From: an uncultured Thermoproteaceae archaeon
GTDB lineage: Archaea; Thermoproteota; Thermoprotei; Thermoproteales; Thermocladiaceae
Direction: 5' to 3'
NCBI GenBank assembly: GCA_964575955.1
Contig: CAZNTG010000006.1
Coordinates: 288,001 to 352,000 of the forward strand
Length of the DNA stretch: 64,000 bases
Shown here: positions 9,813 through 20,644 of the stretch, piece by piece
Position numbering within the stretch: the stretch's first letter is position 1
Layout of the letters: each line of letters begins with the position of its first letter
Made by a program: the position numbers and the translations under genes
Notes under the pieces: generated by a model
The model's database searches: none
What the model was told of the DNA's origin: nothing
The model's input: the letters and a program-made list of their open reading frames with translations, nothing else

Positions 9813-10321
9813 CTTTTTCTAACTAATTCTGTACATATTTTTGTAATTTTATCACCTAGATAGTGTATATTTTTCAAAACCTTACCTTTCTGCATATTTT
9901 CAATCTCTCTCTTTGAGTATAGTGCTACTGTGACTGCGATAGTTCTATTTCTAAAATCTTTAACAGCTACTAGATCTCCTTTCTCGAATTCTCCAATAAT
10001 CTCCTTAATTCCTGGTCTCATAACATCTGCACCATTTAATATTCTTGGTACAGCTCCATCATCAACTTTAACATATGGGTATGATTCTTCAGTTATGTAG
10101 AATAATGTCACTAGTGGTATATATTTATCAACTTCATATTCATCAATCTTAATTTTCATTTTTGCAAATAGTGGTTTACCATCTACAACATATATAGTTA
10201 GCTTATCATCGATTTCACAAAGTTCTACAGATTCTGCATTTTCAAGAATCTTCCTAATGTTCTGATCAACTTCCCTCATAAGTGATTTAATATCCTTCTT
10301 ACTTAATAGATGTCTCTTCAT
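9809..10321 (-). CDS. PUA-domain RNA-binding protein (DUF1947+PUA, Tma20/MCT-1-like)
   Basis: RHLLSKKD and VDDGAVPRILNGADVMRPGI motifs. Confidence 0.88.
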   Translation of the reverse strand: MKRHLLSKKDIKSLMREVDQNIRKILENAESVELCEIDDKLTIYVVDGKPLFAKMKIKIDEYEVDKYIPLVTLFYITEESYPYVKVDDGAVPRILNGADVMRPGIKEIIGEFEKGDLVAVKDFRNRTIAVTVALYSKREIENMQKGKVLKNIHYLGDKITKICTELVRKS

Positions 10322-10396
10322 TGCTAACTATAGTGTTAATTTGAGTACTTATTAAATTGTAGCAGAAAGTATTGAATATCCCCTCTAACACATATC

Positions 10397-10924
10397 TTGA
10401 TTGTGAATGATCGAGAGAGAATTATGGAGGTTATTTCTGAAATTGTTAAAGATAAGATATTGAAATTCTTAAAAAGATATTGTAAATGTGTTAAAGCTAG
10501 AGAAGATTATGGAGATATTCTTAATGAATCTTTCATAGAGAAGATTAATGAATCTTTAAGTAGTAGAAAAGATTTAGATTTAGGATTTTTAAAAATATTT
10601 TTTAAGAAGAAATTTCTTGGACATAAGATATGTGTTGAGTATAGAGGTAATTCTTACTGTAATGATGATGCTATGCTTATAATATCTAGACTTAGATCAA
10701 TATATGAATGGTATAAATCTGACTGTGATTTAAATAACATAATTGCAGATACCATAGAGAATAATGATTTTAACCTCATAACTTTTATTGAGAGAAATTT
10801 ACAAAATATTGAAAATATTTGTAAAGGTAGTGATACTACTCTAGATATGTCTATTCTAGATGATGCTGCTAAGATTGGAGTAGATAGAGCTATTAAAGAG
10901 TTTTGGAGAGGTAGTGAAATGTGA
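10397..10924 (+). CDS. Hypothetical protein
   Basis: 175-aa ORF overlapping the pyrH start by 4 nt. Confidence 0.6.
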   Translation: MIVNDRERIMEVISEIVKDKILKFLKRYCKCVKAREDYGDILNESFIEKINESLSSRKDLDLGFLKIFFKKKFLGHKICVEYRGNSYCNDDAMLIISRLRSIYEWYKSDCDLNNIIADTIENNDFNLITFIERNLQNIENICKGSDTTLDMSILDDAAKIGVDRAIKEFWRGSEM

Positions 10925-11601
10925 AGATTGTAATTAAGATTAGTGGTCATGTATTTGATAATGAAGATCTAGTATATAGATATGTGAAGACTCTAAACTT
11001 TGTAATAAAAGCATTGCCAAATTTAAGTATAGTTGCTGTATGTGGTGGTGGTTCAATTGCTAGAAGATATGTAAATATTGTTAGGAGATGTACAGGTAAT
11101 GAATCTAAATGTGATCTTGTAGGTATTAGTGTCAGTAGATTAAATGCTCTTACCATGGCCTTATCAGTATTAGATTCCTGTCCTACAATTCCAAGAAATA
11201 TTGATGAACTTCTAGAACTATCATCTAGGTATAGAGTAGTATTTTGTGGAGGTTTTCAACCAGGTCAATCAACAGCTACTGTTACTATGATTATTGCTGA
11301 GAGTCTAGGTGTTAGAGATGTTATACTATTCTCAAATATAGATGCTGTATATGATAAAGATCCTAGAAAATATCCAGATGCTAAGAAGCTGGAGAGGGTA
11401 ACTTTAGAAGAGTTGAAGAGCATACTATCTAGAGACGTTGAAGCTAGTGCAGGAACATATCCACTACTAGATGTATGGGCTATAGAGATCGCTAAAAGAG
11501 CTAGATTAAACATATACTTAGTAGATTGTAAACAACCTGAAAAGCTGATAGACATACTTACTAGAAAATCAGGATACGGAACACTTATAGTTCCAGAATA
11601 G
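10921..11601 (+). CDS. pyrH: Uridylate kinase
   Basis: VIKISG, GGGSIAR, GGFQPGQST and DAVYDKDP motifs. Confidence 0.92.
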   Translation: MKIVIKISGHVFDNEDLVYRYVKTLNFVIKALPNLSIVAVCGGGSIARRYVNIVRRCTGNESKCDLVGISVSRLNALTMALSVLDSCPTIPRNIDELLELSSRYRVVFCGGFQPGQSTATVTMIIAESLGVRDVILFSNIDAVYDKDPRKYPDAKKLERVTLEELKSILSRDVEASAGTYPLLDVWAIEIAKRARLNIYLVDCKQPEKLIDILTRKSGYGTLIVPE

Positions 11602-11610
11602 GTAAAATAC

Positions 11611-12525
11611 TTGTTGAAGATTGATATTTCAAACATAGTCAATAGAATTAGAATTAAGATAACAGATAGATGTAACTATAGATGCTTTTTCTGCCATGGT
11701 GAAGGATCTATAGATTTTAGAAAAGAACTTAATAAGGAAGATATAGAGTTTGTATTAAAAATATTTAGAAATCTAGGTGTTAGAAGATTGAAAATTACAG
11801 GAGGTGAGCCATTACTTAGAGAAGATATTGTATACATAGTCAGGAAGGCTAAAGAGATAGGGTATGAAGATATTTCATTAACAACAAATGGATTACTATT
11901 AGATAAGTACATGTATGATCTCTATAAAGCTGGACTTGATAGAATTGACATATCTCTACATACATTAAACTGTGATAAATATATAAAAATTACAGGTACC
12001 TGTAGAGAATATTTCTATAAAGTTGTTAGTAATATAGAAGAGATATCTAATATAAACTTTAAGCAGGTAAAGATAAATATGTTAGTTACAAGTATAAATG
12101 TTGAAGATATTTTAGATATGTTAAAATTTGCTAAGAAGATTGGAGCTACATTACAACTTATTGAATATATGCCAATTGGTAGAGGAATAGCATATTTTAA
12201 AAAATATTACATACCTCTAAAATCTATCTATTACACACTATCTAGAAGAGCTAAATTTATAACATTTAGAAGAGATATTCATAATAGACCAATACTTAAC
12301 ATTGATGATGTATATGTAGAGTTTGTGATGGGTTTTAGAAATCCTGATTTCTGTAGTGGTTGTAGACAGTTAAGATTAACTTCTGATGGTAGACTTAGAT
12401 ATTGCATTTATAGGAATGATGAAGAAGATCTATATAATTTGATAAAGTCTAGAGATGTTCATGGTGTTGTTGATAGAATTTTGAAATTGTTAAGTAGGAA
12501 GAGTCCAATGTTTTCTAAGTTATAA
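11611..12525 (+). CDS. moaA: GTP 3',8-cyclase (radical SAM)
   Basis: CNYRCFFC, TGGEPLLR, C-terminal FCSGCRQLRLTSDG...C. Confidence 0.9.
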   Translation: MLKIDISNIVNRIRIKITDRCNYRCFFCHGEGSIDFRKELNKEDIEFVLKIFRNLGVRRLKITGGEPLLREDIVYIVRKAKEIGYEDISLTTNGLLLDKYMYDLYKAGLDRIDISLHTLNCDKYIKITGTCREYFYKVVSNIEEISNINFKQVKINMLVTSINVEDILDMLKFAKKIGATLQLIEYMPIGRGIAYFKKYYIPLKSIYYTLSRRAKFITFRRDIHNRPILNIDDVYVEFVMGFRNPDFCSGCRQLRLTSDGRLRYCIYRNDEEDLYNLIKSRDVHGVVDRILKLLSRKSPMFSKL

Positions 12526-13588
12526 TTTCAGGCATTAGTTTAACTAAGGTTTCTGCTATTAATACTGTATTACCTGCAGCTCCACGTATAGTGTTGTGTC
12601 CTAGTACTATGTATGCTATTGTTTTCTCATCAATCTTTCTAATTCTACCAACAACAACGCTCATACCTCTACCTTCCTTTCTATCAAGTCTAGGTTGAGG
12701 TCTATCAATTTCTCTTCTAATAACTATGGTCTTTTCAGGACTTGTTGGAAGATTTAGACTACTAATCTTATTATACTTATTGAACGTCTCAAATGCTTCT
12801 AAGATATCTTTCTCATCTACATCTCTTTCAAGCTCTACATATACTGACTCTAGATGACCATCAATTACGGGTACTCTAGTAGTTGTTGCATATATCTTAA
12901 AGTCAGCCCATCTAACTTCATCTCCAACAAATTCTCCAAGTATCTTTCTACTCTCTGTCTGTACCTTCTCCTCCTCCTTCTTTATGTATGGTATTATGTT
13001 GTCTATTATTGTAACTCCAGGTACTGCATCAGCTCCAAGTCCTGCACCTGATACTGCCTGCATTGTTGTTACATATATCTTCTTTATTTTTGCTAAATCA
13101 TGTATTGGTTTTAAGCTTAATGTTAATATTATTGTTGTACAATTTGCATTTTTTATAAGAAGACCTTGCCAATTTCTTCTCTTCTTCTGTACTTTTAATA
13201 GTTCTAGATGATCTGCATTAATTTCAGGAACTACAAGTGGAACGTCAGGATCTAGCCTATTATTACTTGCATTTGACACAACTATATGACCTCTCTTAAC
13301 AAGTTCAATCTCTAATTTCTCAGCTACATCTGATGGAAGTGCTGAAAATACTAGATCAACTTTGGGTATCTTATCAGGATCTGGAGGTAGAAGTTCCATA
13401 TCAGCAATATCTTCAGGTAGTGGATCTTCTATTACCCATTTAACAACATCTCTATACTTCCTACCTGCACTTTTCTCTGAAGCTACTAGACATGTAAGTT
13501 CAAACATTGGATGATTATGTAGTAATGTTATGAATCTCTGACCTACAAGTCCTGTTGCTCCTAGTAGTGCAACTTTAAGTTTATCCAT
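12515..13588 (-). CDS. asd: Aspartate-semialdehyde dehydrogenase
   Basis: GATGLVG, NANCT, QAVSGAG, RVPVIDGH and HNTIRGAAG motifs. Confidence 0.9.
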   Translation of the reverse strand: MDKLKVALLGATGLVGQRFITLLHNHPMFELTCLVASEKSAGRKYRDVVKWVIEDPLPEDIADMELLPPDPDKIPKVDLVFSALPSDVAEKLEIELVKRGHIVVSNASNNRLDPDVPLVVPEINADHLELLKVQKKRRNWQGLLIKNANCTTIILTLSLKPIHDLAKIKKIYVTTMQAVSGAGLGADAVPGVTIIDNIIPYIKKEEEKVQTESRKILGEFVGDEVRWADFKIYATTTRVPVIDGHLESVYVELERDVDEKDILEAFETFNKYNKISSLNLPTSPEKTIVIRREIDRPQPRLDRKEGRGMSVVVGRIRKIDEKTIAYIVLGHNTIRGAAGNTVLIAETLVKLMPEIIT

Positions 13589-13755
13589 TATTCAGGTTTG
13601 ACTATATCTACCTTATACACATTATCTCTAGAATCTCACTGTTCAGAAAAGTTGTATAAACATCAAAAATATTCGTCAATGGCAGTAGTAGATTATTTGT
13701 AAATATTAGAGAAGTATCGCTATAGCTTAATATTTTAACTATCGGAAGTATTAAT

Positions 13756-15723
13756 GTGACTATAAGAGTAGAGACTAGACATTTAGAGTATTATGGAAAA
13801 ATTGTGAAGATTGAAGTACCTAAGTATGGATATAGATGGCAGGGACAGGTTGAGGTTGATGTTGAGGGTTATGGTAGAGTTAATCTTGTAATGATGGGAA
13901 ATATAGCACAATGGCTCATACCTGGTGAGAAAGTTAGACTTGTAATGCTTAGTGAACCTAAATCTATAGGTAATTTAAATATTCTAGACTACACAGACTA
14001 TGAACTATACAGATTCTATGGTAAATCTATGGTGAAGGTATGGCCTGTATTTCGGAAAATTGTTGAACATCCTAGATATGATCCATTAACAGGAAAGTTA
14101 TTATATAAGTATAGGATTCTTGCACGTGAAGCATTGACAGAAGATGATTACATATCTATAGTAGAGTTAGAACAGTATCACTATGCCTCTGAAGAGGAGA
14201 TTGTAGCTATCTGGAGATGTCCTAACTGTGGTAAATATTATGAAGCTAATGTACAGCCAAAATGTACAAACTGTTCAACAGCTTGCAAACTTGTAGAGAT
14301 TAGAGGTTCATTACCATCATCGAGATTTCTAGTTTTAGAACTTCTAGATAGAGAACCTTATGAACCTAGAATTGTAGGTTATGTTAGAGTTGATACACCA
14401 ATACCACTGATGTCTAGAAGAGTAGTTAAGGAAGATGGTACTGTAATTATTGAGAGATTTATACGTGAGAAAGTTTTTCCAAAAACTTGGTTTCACCCAA
14501 CATTTTGGCCACAGGCATATGTTAAGAGAAGAGAACTATTTATGAAGTATAGAGAGTTAGCATCGATCTATGGTAGGAGAGTTGCTAAAGCAATGGTTGG
14601 AGATATATTAAGACAAATGTTACATAGATGTAACACTGCTGCTGCTAGAATTGCGAGAGTTGTAATACATCCTGACTATAGAGGTGATGGTCTTGGAGTT
14701 TTAGCTGTGAAACTTGCAGTTGAGTGGATACGTGAACGTAGAATTCCTGAGATGAAGAAGCAGAAACATCTTGTTGAGGTTATAGCACAGATGGCTAGGT
14801 ATAACCCGTTTTTTGAAAAAGCGGGATTCGTATACCTCTGGGATACGGCAAGTGGTAGACCAGTACTATACTACCCACTTACAGAGAAAGCTAGGAAGAT
14901 AATTGAAGAATTTTTGAAAAATGATGAATATGCTAGAAAGCATGGCGGTAGATTATACAAGCCTAGATATACAAGTTCTGAACCGTTAAGAGGATCTATA
15001 ATATTTAAATCTGTAACAAAAACTTATAGAAGTACTCTAGACTTATCAAATCTTAAGAAAGAACTTCAAGATGTTTTAAAAGCTTTTGGAGTTGATAGAA
15101 GAATTGTTGAGAGAACAGTACTTAGAGATGTGAATGTTGAAATAAAGCCAGGAGAGATTGTAGTTCTTGTTGGAGCTTCAGGTGCTGGTAAGACAACATT
15201 TCTAAGGTTAATACTTGGAAAAGCTCTAGGTGAGACTGATGAGAAGTATAGAGTAACTGAAGGTGAGATACAGATACCTGAAAATGTTAAAGTTGCAGCA
15301 TTAATACCTGGAGAGTATGAACCAACGTTTAGAGATGAGAGTCTTCTAGAACATGTATTTCAAAAACTTGGTGATATATATGCAGCTATAGAAGTATTAA
15401 ATATCTGTGGACTATCTGATGCTGTACTTTATAGAGCAAGATTTTCAGAATTATCAACAGGACAGAAAGAGAGAGCTAAGATAGCTAGTCTACTTGCAGA
15501 AAAACCAAATCTACTACTCATAGATGAATTTACAGCACATCTAGACACGTTGACGGCTATTAGAGTTGCTAGAAAACTTGCAGAAGTTGTTAGAAAATTC
15601 AAAATAACGTTGATAGTTGCTACAAATCGTAAAGAAGTTATTGATGCATTAAATCCTGATAAGATAATATATATTGGTTATGGAACTGCAAAAGTTGTTG
15701 AACAGAGACATTCATCTTCTTAA
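13756..15723 (+). CDS. GNAT acetyltransferase / Zn-finger / ABC-type ATPase fusion (COG2401-like)
   Basis: CPNC..CTNC; RIARVVIHPDYRGDGLG acetyl-CoA motif; GASGAGKT, LSTGQ and LLIDE. Confidence 0.85.
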   Translation: MTIRVETRHLEYYGKIVKIEVPKYGYRWQGQVEVDVEGYGRVNLVMMGNIAQWLIPGEKVRLVMLSEPKSIGNLNILDYTDYELYRFYGKSMVKVWPVFRKIVEHPRYDPLTGKLLYKYRILAREALTEDDYISIVELEQYHYASEEEIVAIWRCPNCGKYYEANVQPKCTNCSTACKLVEIRGSLPSSRFLVLELLDREPYEPRIVGYVRVDTPIPLMSRRVVKEDGTVIIERFIREKVFPKTWFHPTFWPQAYVKRRELFMKYRELASIYGRRVAKAMVGDILRQMLHRCNTAAARIARVVIHPDYRGDGLGVLAVKLAVEWIRERRIPEMKKQKHLVEVIAQMARYNPFFEKAGFVYLWDTASGRPVLYYPLTEKARKIIEEFLKNDEYARKHGGRLYKPRYTSSEPLRGSIIFKSVTKTYRSTLDLSNLKKELQDVLKAFGVDRRIVERTVLRDVNVEIKPGEIVVLVGASGAGKTTFLRLILGKALGETDEKYRVTEGEIQIPENVKVAALIPGEYEPTFRDESLLEHVFQKLGDIYAAIEVLNICGLSDAVLYRARFSELSTGQKERAKIASLLAEKPNLLLIDEFTAHLDTLTAIRVARKLAEVVRKFKITLIVATNRKEVIDALNPDKIIYIGYGTAKVVEQRHSSS

Positions 15724-17082
15724 GAATTCTCTCTCCTTCTCAACTATATCTACATTTATTGGATAGTGACCGGTAAAACATGCCATACATAACTCATCTT
15801 CTCTCTTACCAATTGCTCTTTCTAACATCTTTGTACATATGTATTTTAGAGAATCTGCACATATTAATCTACACACTTCCTGTATTGTTCTTCCATGAGC
15901 TATCAATTCCTCCCTACTTGGGAAGTCTATACCCATAAAACATGGATATCTAATTGGTGGACTTGCAATTCTAACATGAACATGTTTAGCACCACTCCTC
16001 TTCAATGTATTTACAAGATTTCTCATTGTTGTACCTCTAACAAGTGAGTCATCTACAAGTGCTATACTTCTATTCTCTATGACAGACTTCACAATTCCAA
16101 ATTTAGCAATTAGAGATCTAAACTCTTTAGGCATTATAAAGCTTCTACCAACATATCTAACCTTTACTAGAGCATCTTCAATAGGTTTACCAAGTTTTTG
16201 TGAATATCCATAAGATGCTATTCTACCTGTTTCAGGTATTGGAACTACAACATCTATATCCCTGTCTTCAAGACTTGCTAAGAATTCTCCCATTCTCTTC
16301 CTTGCCTCATATATAGATACACCATTAAACACTGTGTCAGGTCTTGCAAAGTAGACATATTCAAAAGCACAGTAAGCTCTCCTATCAACATCTATACCAA
16401 TATTATGAATTTCAAAATCATTATCATGCACTAGAATTATTTGTCCAGGTTCAACTTCTCTAAACTTATTACTAATTAATGTAGATATTGCACAACTTTC
16501 TGAACATGCTATAAATTTATCTTCAATAAATGTATATGATAGTGGTTTAAAACCATATGGATCTCTAGCAATTATAAGCTTATCATTTATCATTAATGCA
16601 ATTGAGTAAGATCCAGAGACTTTCATTAATGCTCTTCTAACACCTTCAACAACATCTCCATTACAATTCTTTAATTCTCTATGAATTTGCTTTATAAGTA
16701 CTTCAGTATCAGTTTCTGTATTAAAGTTGTATATATTTTTTAACTCCTTTCTCAACTCTCTATAGTTTACTATAGTTCCGTTAAATGCAAGTGCTATCTC
16801 TAAATCTCCATCCTTTATATAGAATGGGTGTAGTTCTTCTATATTTTTCATATATGTTCCTGTTGTTGAATATCTCACATGTCCTATAGCTAGTCTAGCC
16901 TTAGCATCTATATCAGGTATTGCGCTTGTAACTAGTCCAAAGTTTTTCACTATCTTAATACCATCATCAGATAACCATGCAATTCCTGCACCTTCCTGAC
17001 CTCTATGCTGTATCTGTATAAGCATTAGCTTAACTATAGATAGCGAATCGAAAAATCCTGAACATGCAACTATACCACACAT
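15712..17082 (-). CDS. purF: Amidophosphoribosyltransferase
   Basis: MCGI N-terminal nucleophile, QHRGQE, GHVRYST and VDDSLVRGTT motifs. Confidence 0.93.
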   Translation of the reverse strand: MCGIVACSGFFDSLSIVKLMLIQIQHRGQEGAGIAWLSDDGIKIVKNFGLVTSAIPDIDAKARLAIGHVRYSTTGTYMKNIEELHPFYIKDGDLEIALAFNGTIVNYRELRKELKNIYNFNTETDTEVLIKQIHRELKNCNGDVVEGVRRALMKVSGSYSIALMINDKLIIARDPYGFKPLSYTFIEDKFIACSESCAISTLISNKFREVEPGQIILVHDNDFEIHNIGIDVDRRAYCAFEYVYFARPDTVFNGVSIYEARKRMGEFLASLEDRDIDVVVPIPETGRIASYGYSQKLGKPIEDALVKVRYVGRSFIMPKEFRSLIAKFGIVKSVIENRSIALVDDSLVRGTTMRNLVNTLKRSGAKHVHVRIASPPIRYPCFMGIDFPSREELIAHGRTIQEVCRLICADSLKYICTKMLERAIGKREDELCMACFTGHYPINVDIVEKEREFLRR

Positions 17083-17185
17083 TTTTGATATGTACTATTT
17101 ACAGGAAGTTTTAAATATGCCGAATATCTAGAAATGTCTATTCAAGGTATAGTGTTTAAATACTTCATTTAATGTTGTGTGAGAC

Positions 17186-18469
17186 ATGAGTGGCATATTT
17201 GCCATATATGCATTTGATGAAGTTTGGAAAATAGCTAAAATACTATACTACGGCATTCTATCACTAAACCATAGAGGACAATCTGAGAGTGGTATGGTTA
17301 TTGGTCCACAGTTGAGATTTATGATTAGTGGTGGAGATGTTGAAAAGTCTTACAATGTTGAAGAACTTGTAGATCTTGAAGGTTGGTATGGTATTGGATG
17401 GGTTAACTCTCCAGTAGTTAGTAAGAAAAACTATACAACAATAAATGTAGATGGAAAGAAGTTTAGTATTATCTCTTACACACCTATTAGAGATATTGAA
17501 GATAGACTATATAACTGTCTTAAATATTGTATGGAAGATATATCTAAAGGTTTAGAATATCTAAATAAGCTATGTATAGAAATTAGAAGACCAATAACAT
17601 TTGTAGCAATTAATGATAATGAAGAGATGTATGTATATAGAGATGTTAGTGGTTTAAAACCTCTACAAATTGGATCTTACGGTTTTGATCTTGCATTAAT
17701 ATCTAGTGAATCATGTGCATTAGAGTGTGTTGGTGGTGATTATAGATGTGACATATCTCCAGGATGTTTAATAAAAATTGATAAGTATGGTATTGATAGA
17801 GTTGAGAGTGGTAACATATCTAGAGTATGTGCATTAGAATTCATATACTACTCAAGACTTGACAGTATTGTGGAAGGTGTCTCAATTTACAGATTTAGGA
17901 GAGAACTTGCTAAGATATTAGCTGAGAAGTATAGATTTGATAATATTGATATTGTTGTTGGTATTCCAGAGACAGGTATTGTATATGCTTCAGAATTTTC
18001 AAAATTTGCAAATATTGAATTTTCTATAGGATTTGTACAGACAGGACGTAGAGTTAGATCAGCACTTATTGAAGATATTCTTGAAAGACTTATAGGTGTT
18101 CAACTTAAGATGAGTCCTATAAGGTACGTACTTTCTGGTAAAAATATACTATTGATAGATGATAGTCTTCTTAAAGGTGTAACATTGAGAAGTATTGTAC
18201 AATATCTACGTAATAGAGTAGGTGTTGGCCATATACATGCATTAATTATGTCTCCAATGATAGTTAGATCATGTCCATACTATATGGAGATACCTCCTGA
18301 AAATGAGCTTATATGTGCAAATATTTCGAAGAGCGAGCTTGCAGATGTTCTAGGTCTAGATTCTATACATTTTGCAGATCTTGAAGATCTATATAGAGCT
18401 TTTGAAAATGTTGGTATTGATAGAGAAAGAATATGTACCTACTGTATGGGTGGTAGATTAGCATGGTAG
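17186..18469 (+). CDS. PurF paralog with degenerate glutaminase domain
   Basis: MSGI instead of MCGI; NHRGQ, GIPETG and IDDSLLKG retained; GHVRYST absent. Confidence 0.8.
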   Translation: MSGIFAIYAFDEVWKIAKILYYGILSLNHRGQSESGMVIGPQLRFMISGGDVEKSYNVEELVDLEGWYGIGWVNSPVVSKKNYTTINVDGKKFSIISYTPIRDIEDRLYNCLKYCMEDISKGLEYLNKLCIEIRRPITFVAINDNEEMYVYRDVSGLKPLQIGSYGFDLALISSESCALECVGGDYRCDISPGCLIKIDKYGIDRVESGNISRVCALEFIYYSRLDSIVEGVSIYRFRRELAKILAEKYRFDNIDIVVGIPETGIVYASEFSKFANIEFSIGFVQTGRRVRSALIEDILERLIGVQLKMSPIRYVLSGKNILLIDDSLLKGVTLRSIVQYLRNRVGVGHIHALIMSPMIVRSCPYYMEIPPENELICANISKSELADVLGLDSIHFADLEDLYRAFENVGIDRERICTYCMGGRLAW

Positions 18470-19947
18470 AGAAGATACTACTACTAGGTGAGTGTTCTAG
18501 AGAACATGCAATTGCTGAAGCAATTTCAAGAACAGTACATAAGGTAAAACTCTACGCATTAATGAAACATGTAAATCCAGGAATTAGGAGATGTTGTAAA
18601 GCTACTGGAGGTGATATTGTTATTGGAGATTTTCTAAATCCTGAAACTGTATTGAAAGTTGTTAATGACCTATCTATAGATCTCGTAGTTATTGGACCTG
18701 AAGAACCACTATTTAGAGGTGTTGTAGATTTTGTAGAAGATAAAGCAGGAATACCATGTATAGGTCCTAGGAGAGTTGTTGCACAGGTTGAGCAATCTAA
18801 AGCATTTATGAGAAGACTTATGTGGAAATATGACATACCTGGAAGATTGAGATTTTGGACATTTAGAAGTGTTGGAGAAGCTATAGAATATGTTAGAGAT
18901 ACAGGTGAGAGTGTTGCTATAAAGCCCGCAAGACAGGTTGGTGGTAAAGGTGTTAAAGTTATTGCAGATTTTCAAGCATATCTTAGAGATGTTAGAAGTA
19001 GAGTGAAAGAATATCATGTATCTAAAGTATTTGAAGAAGTTTCAAAATATTCAGATATTGAAGATAGAGTATTAATTGAAGAGAAGGTTGAAGGTATTGA
19101 ATATACACTACAGTGTTTTACAGATGGAATAAACATACTACCACTACCACTAGTTCAAGATTATAAACACGCATTTGAATTTGGTATAGGACCTGAAACA
19201 GGTGGTATGGGTTCGATAATGGATAGAGATTACACATTGCCATTCATAACGAGAGAAGAATATGAGAGAAGTGTTGAAATTGTTAAGAAGATTGTAGATG
19301 CATTAAGAAGAGAGACAGGTATTGAGTATAGAGGTATAATTTCAGGTCAAATGATGTTAACACCAATATGGGGACCAACAATAATAGAGTGTTATGCTAG
19401 ATTTGGAGATCCTGAAGGTGTTAATGTACTTTCAGTATTGAAGACAGATATCGTAGACATATTTGAAGCAATATTATCAAAATCGCTACCTAAGATAAAG
19501 CTAGAATTTGAGAATTATGCAGTAGTTGTTAAAGCTATAGCACCTGCAGGTTATCCATTAAATAAGAAGATTGCACAAGGACATGTAGTAGAGATTGATG
19601 AAAGTAAGATAGTTGAGAAAGGATGTAAAGTATATTACGGCTCCATAGATGAGAGAGATGGAAAATTGATAACTGTAGGTTCTAGAACAGTAGAAATTGC
19701 AGGATTTGGAGAAAACATTCCTGAAGCATCTAGAAAAGTTAATAATGTAATACTAAGTAATCATGTTAGAATATTAAATTGGAGAATGATATATAGATTA
19801 GATATTGGAAGTGAAGATTCTATTAAAAAGATGATAGAACAGGCAGAAAATATTAGAAAAGCTTATAAAAGTAGAAGAATTGAAAGATACGAAATTAAGG
19901 AGTGGATTCCAGGTAAAGGATTAGTAATCTACAGATATGTAGAGTAG
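18463..19947 (+). CDS. purD: Phosphoribosylamine-glycine ligase
   Basis: REHA, IGPE.PL, GKGV, GPETGGMGS and RFGDPE motifs. Confidence 0.93.
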   Translation: MVEKILLLGECSREHAIAEAISRTVHKVKLYALMKHVNPGIRRCCKATGGDIVIGDFLNPETVLKVVNDLSIDLVVIGPEEPLFRGVVDFVEDKAGIPCIGPRRVVAQVEQSKAFMRRLMWKYDIPGRLRFWTFRSVGEAIEYVRDTGESVAIKPARQVGGKGVKVIADFQAYLRDVRSRVKEYHVSKVFEEVSKYSDIEDRVLIEEKVEGIEYTLQCFTDGINILPLPLVQDYKHAFEFGIGPETGGMGSIMDRDYTLPFITREEYERSVEIVKKIVDALRRETGIEYRGIISGQMMLTPIWGPTIIECYARFGDPEGVNVLSVLKTDIVDIFEAILSKSLPKIKLEFENYAVVVKAIAPAGYPLNKKIAQGHVVEIDESKIVEKGCKVYYGSIDERDGKLITVGSRTVEIAGFGENIPEASRKVNNVILSNHVRILNWRMIYRLDIGSEDSIKKMIEQAENIRKAYKSRRIERYEIKEWIPGKGLVIYRYVE

Positions 19948-19952
19948 AAGAT

Positions 19953-20207
19953 ATGAAATACGTAATTAGAGTTGAAATAACTTTAAAAGAAGGTCTTCAC
20001 GATCCTGAAGGTAGTGTAGCATTATCATGTTTAAGAGATTTAGGATTTAAAAATATACTTGATGTAAAATCAGGAAAAGTATACTATATAGTTCTTGAAG
20101 CTAATAATGACGAAGAAGCTATAAGTATAGTTGATAATGCATGTAGAAAATTATTATCAAATCCTGTTAAAGATAACTATAGGATTGAGATAGTTCATAA
20201 ATATTAA
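19953..20207 (+). CDS. purS: FGAM synthase subunit PurS
   Basis: LKEGLHDPEG, GK and LLSNPV motifs. Confidence 0.92.
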   Translation: MKYVIRVEITLKEGLHDPEGSVALSCLRDLGFKNILDVKSGKVYYIVLEANNDEEAISIVDNACRKLLSNPVKDNYRIEIVHKY

Positions 20208-20644
20208 CAATCTTCAGGAGGTTCAACCTCATATATCCTCTGACCTTTAACAGTCCTCGGTGCAAGCCAATCAATTAATTGTCTAATATTTCTAGTCTCT
20301 ATAATTATGGTTATTGGACCTAGAGGACTTTCCTTTTCCTCAGTAACAAATGAGAGATGTCCTACATATGCTGCCTGTTTATGTACATGTATGACTATCT
20401 TATTGTCAGATACTATACCTCTCATAAGTACTAGTCTAGCACTATCTTCAATCTCCTGTTTTCTAATTAACTCTCTAAATTTTAGTAATGCTCTAAAGCT
20501 TCCAGCAGATGCTACAATGAAGGTTTTTTCACCAACCTTTTCAACATTTATCACTGTTGGAGATACTATATTTAATAGTGCTCTCTTAACTTTCTCAATA
20601 TCTTCACTAGGATTTACCTCAACCCATACAGTTACCTTAACCAT
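20204..20644 (-). CDS. UPF0201/DUF54 putative RNA-binding protein
   Basis: VNPSED.EKV..AL.N, HKQAAYVG, ESPLGPI and DWLAPRT motifs. Confidence 0.85.
   Translation of the reverse strand: MVKVTVWVEVNPSEDIEKVKRALLNIVSPTVINVEKVGEKTFIVASAGSFRALLKFRELIRKQEIEDSARLVLMRGIVSDNKIVIHVHKQAAYVGHLSFVTEEKESPLGPITIIIETRNIRQLIDWLAPRTVKGQRIYEVEPPEDC

Noticed and set aside
13650-13680. Possible C/D motif upstream of asd (TTGACGA...CTGA, minus strand)
   Set aside because: Spacing and internal D'/C' boxes do not fit, and the would-be guides are nearly all A/T
17083-17185. Shared purine-regulon operator in the purF and guaB promoters
   Set aside because: Only loose AT-rich similarity; no convincing conserved palindrome
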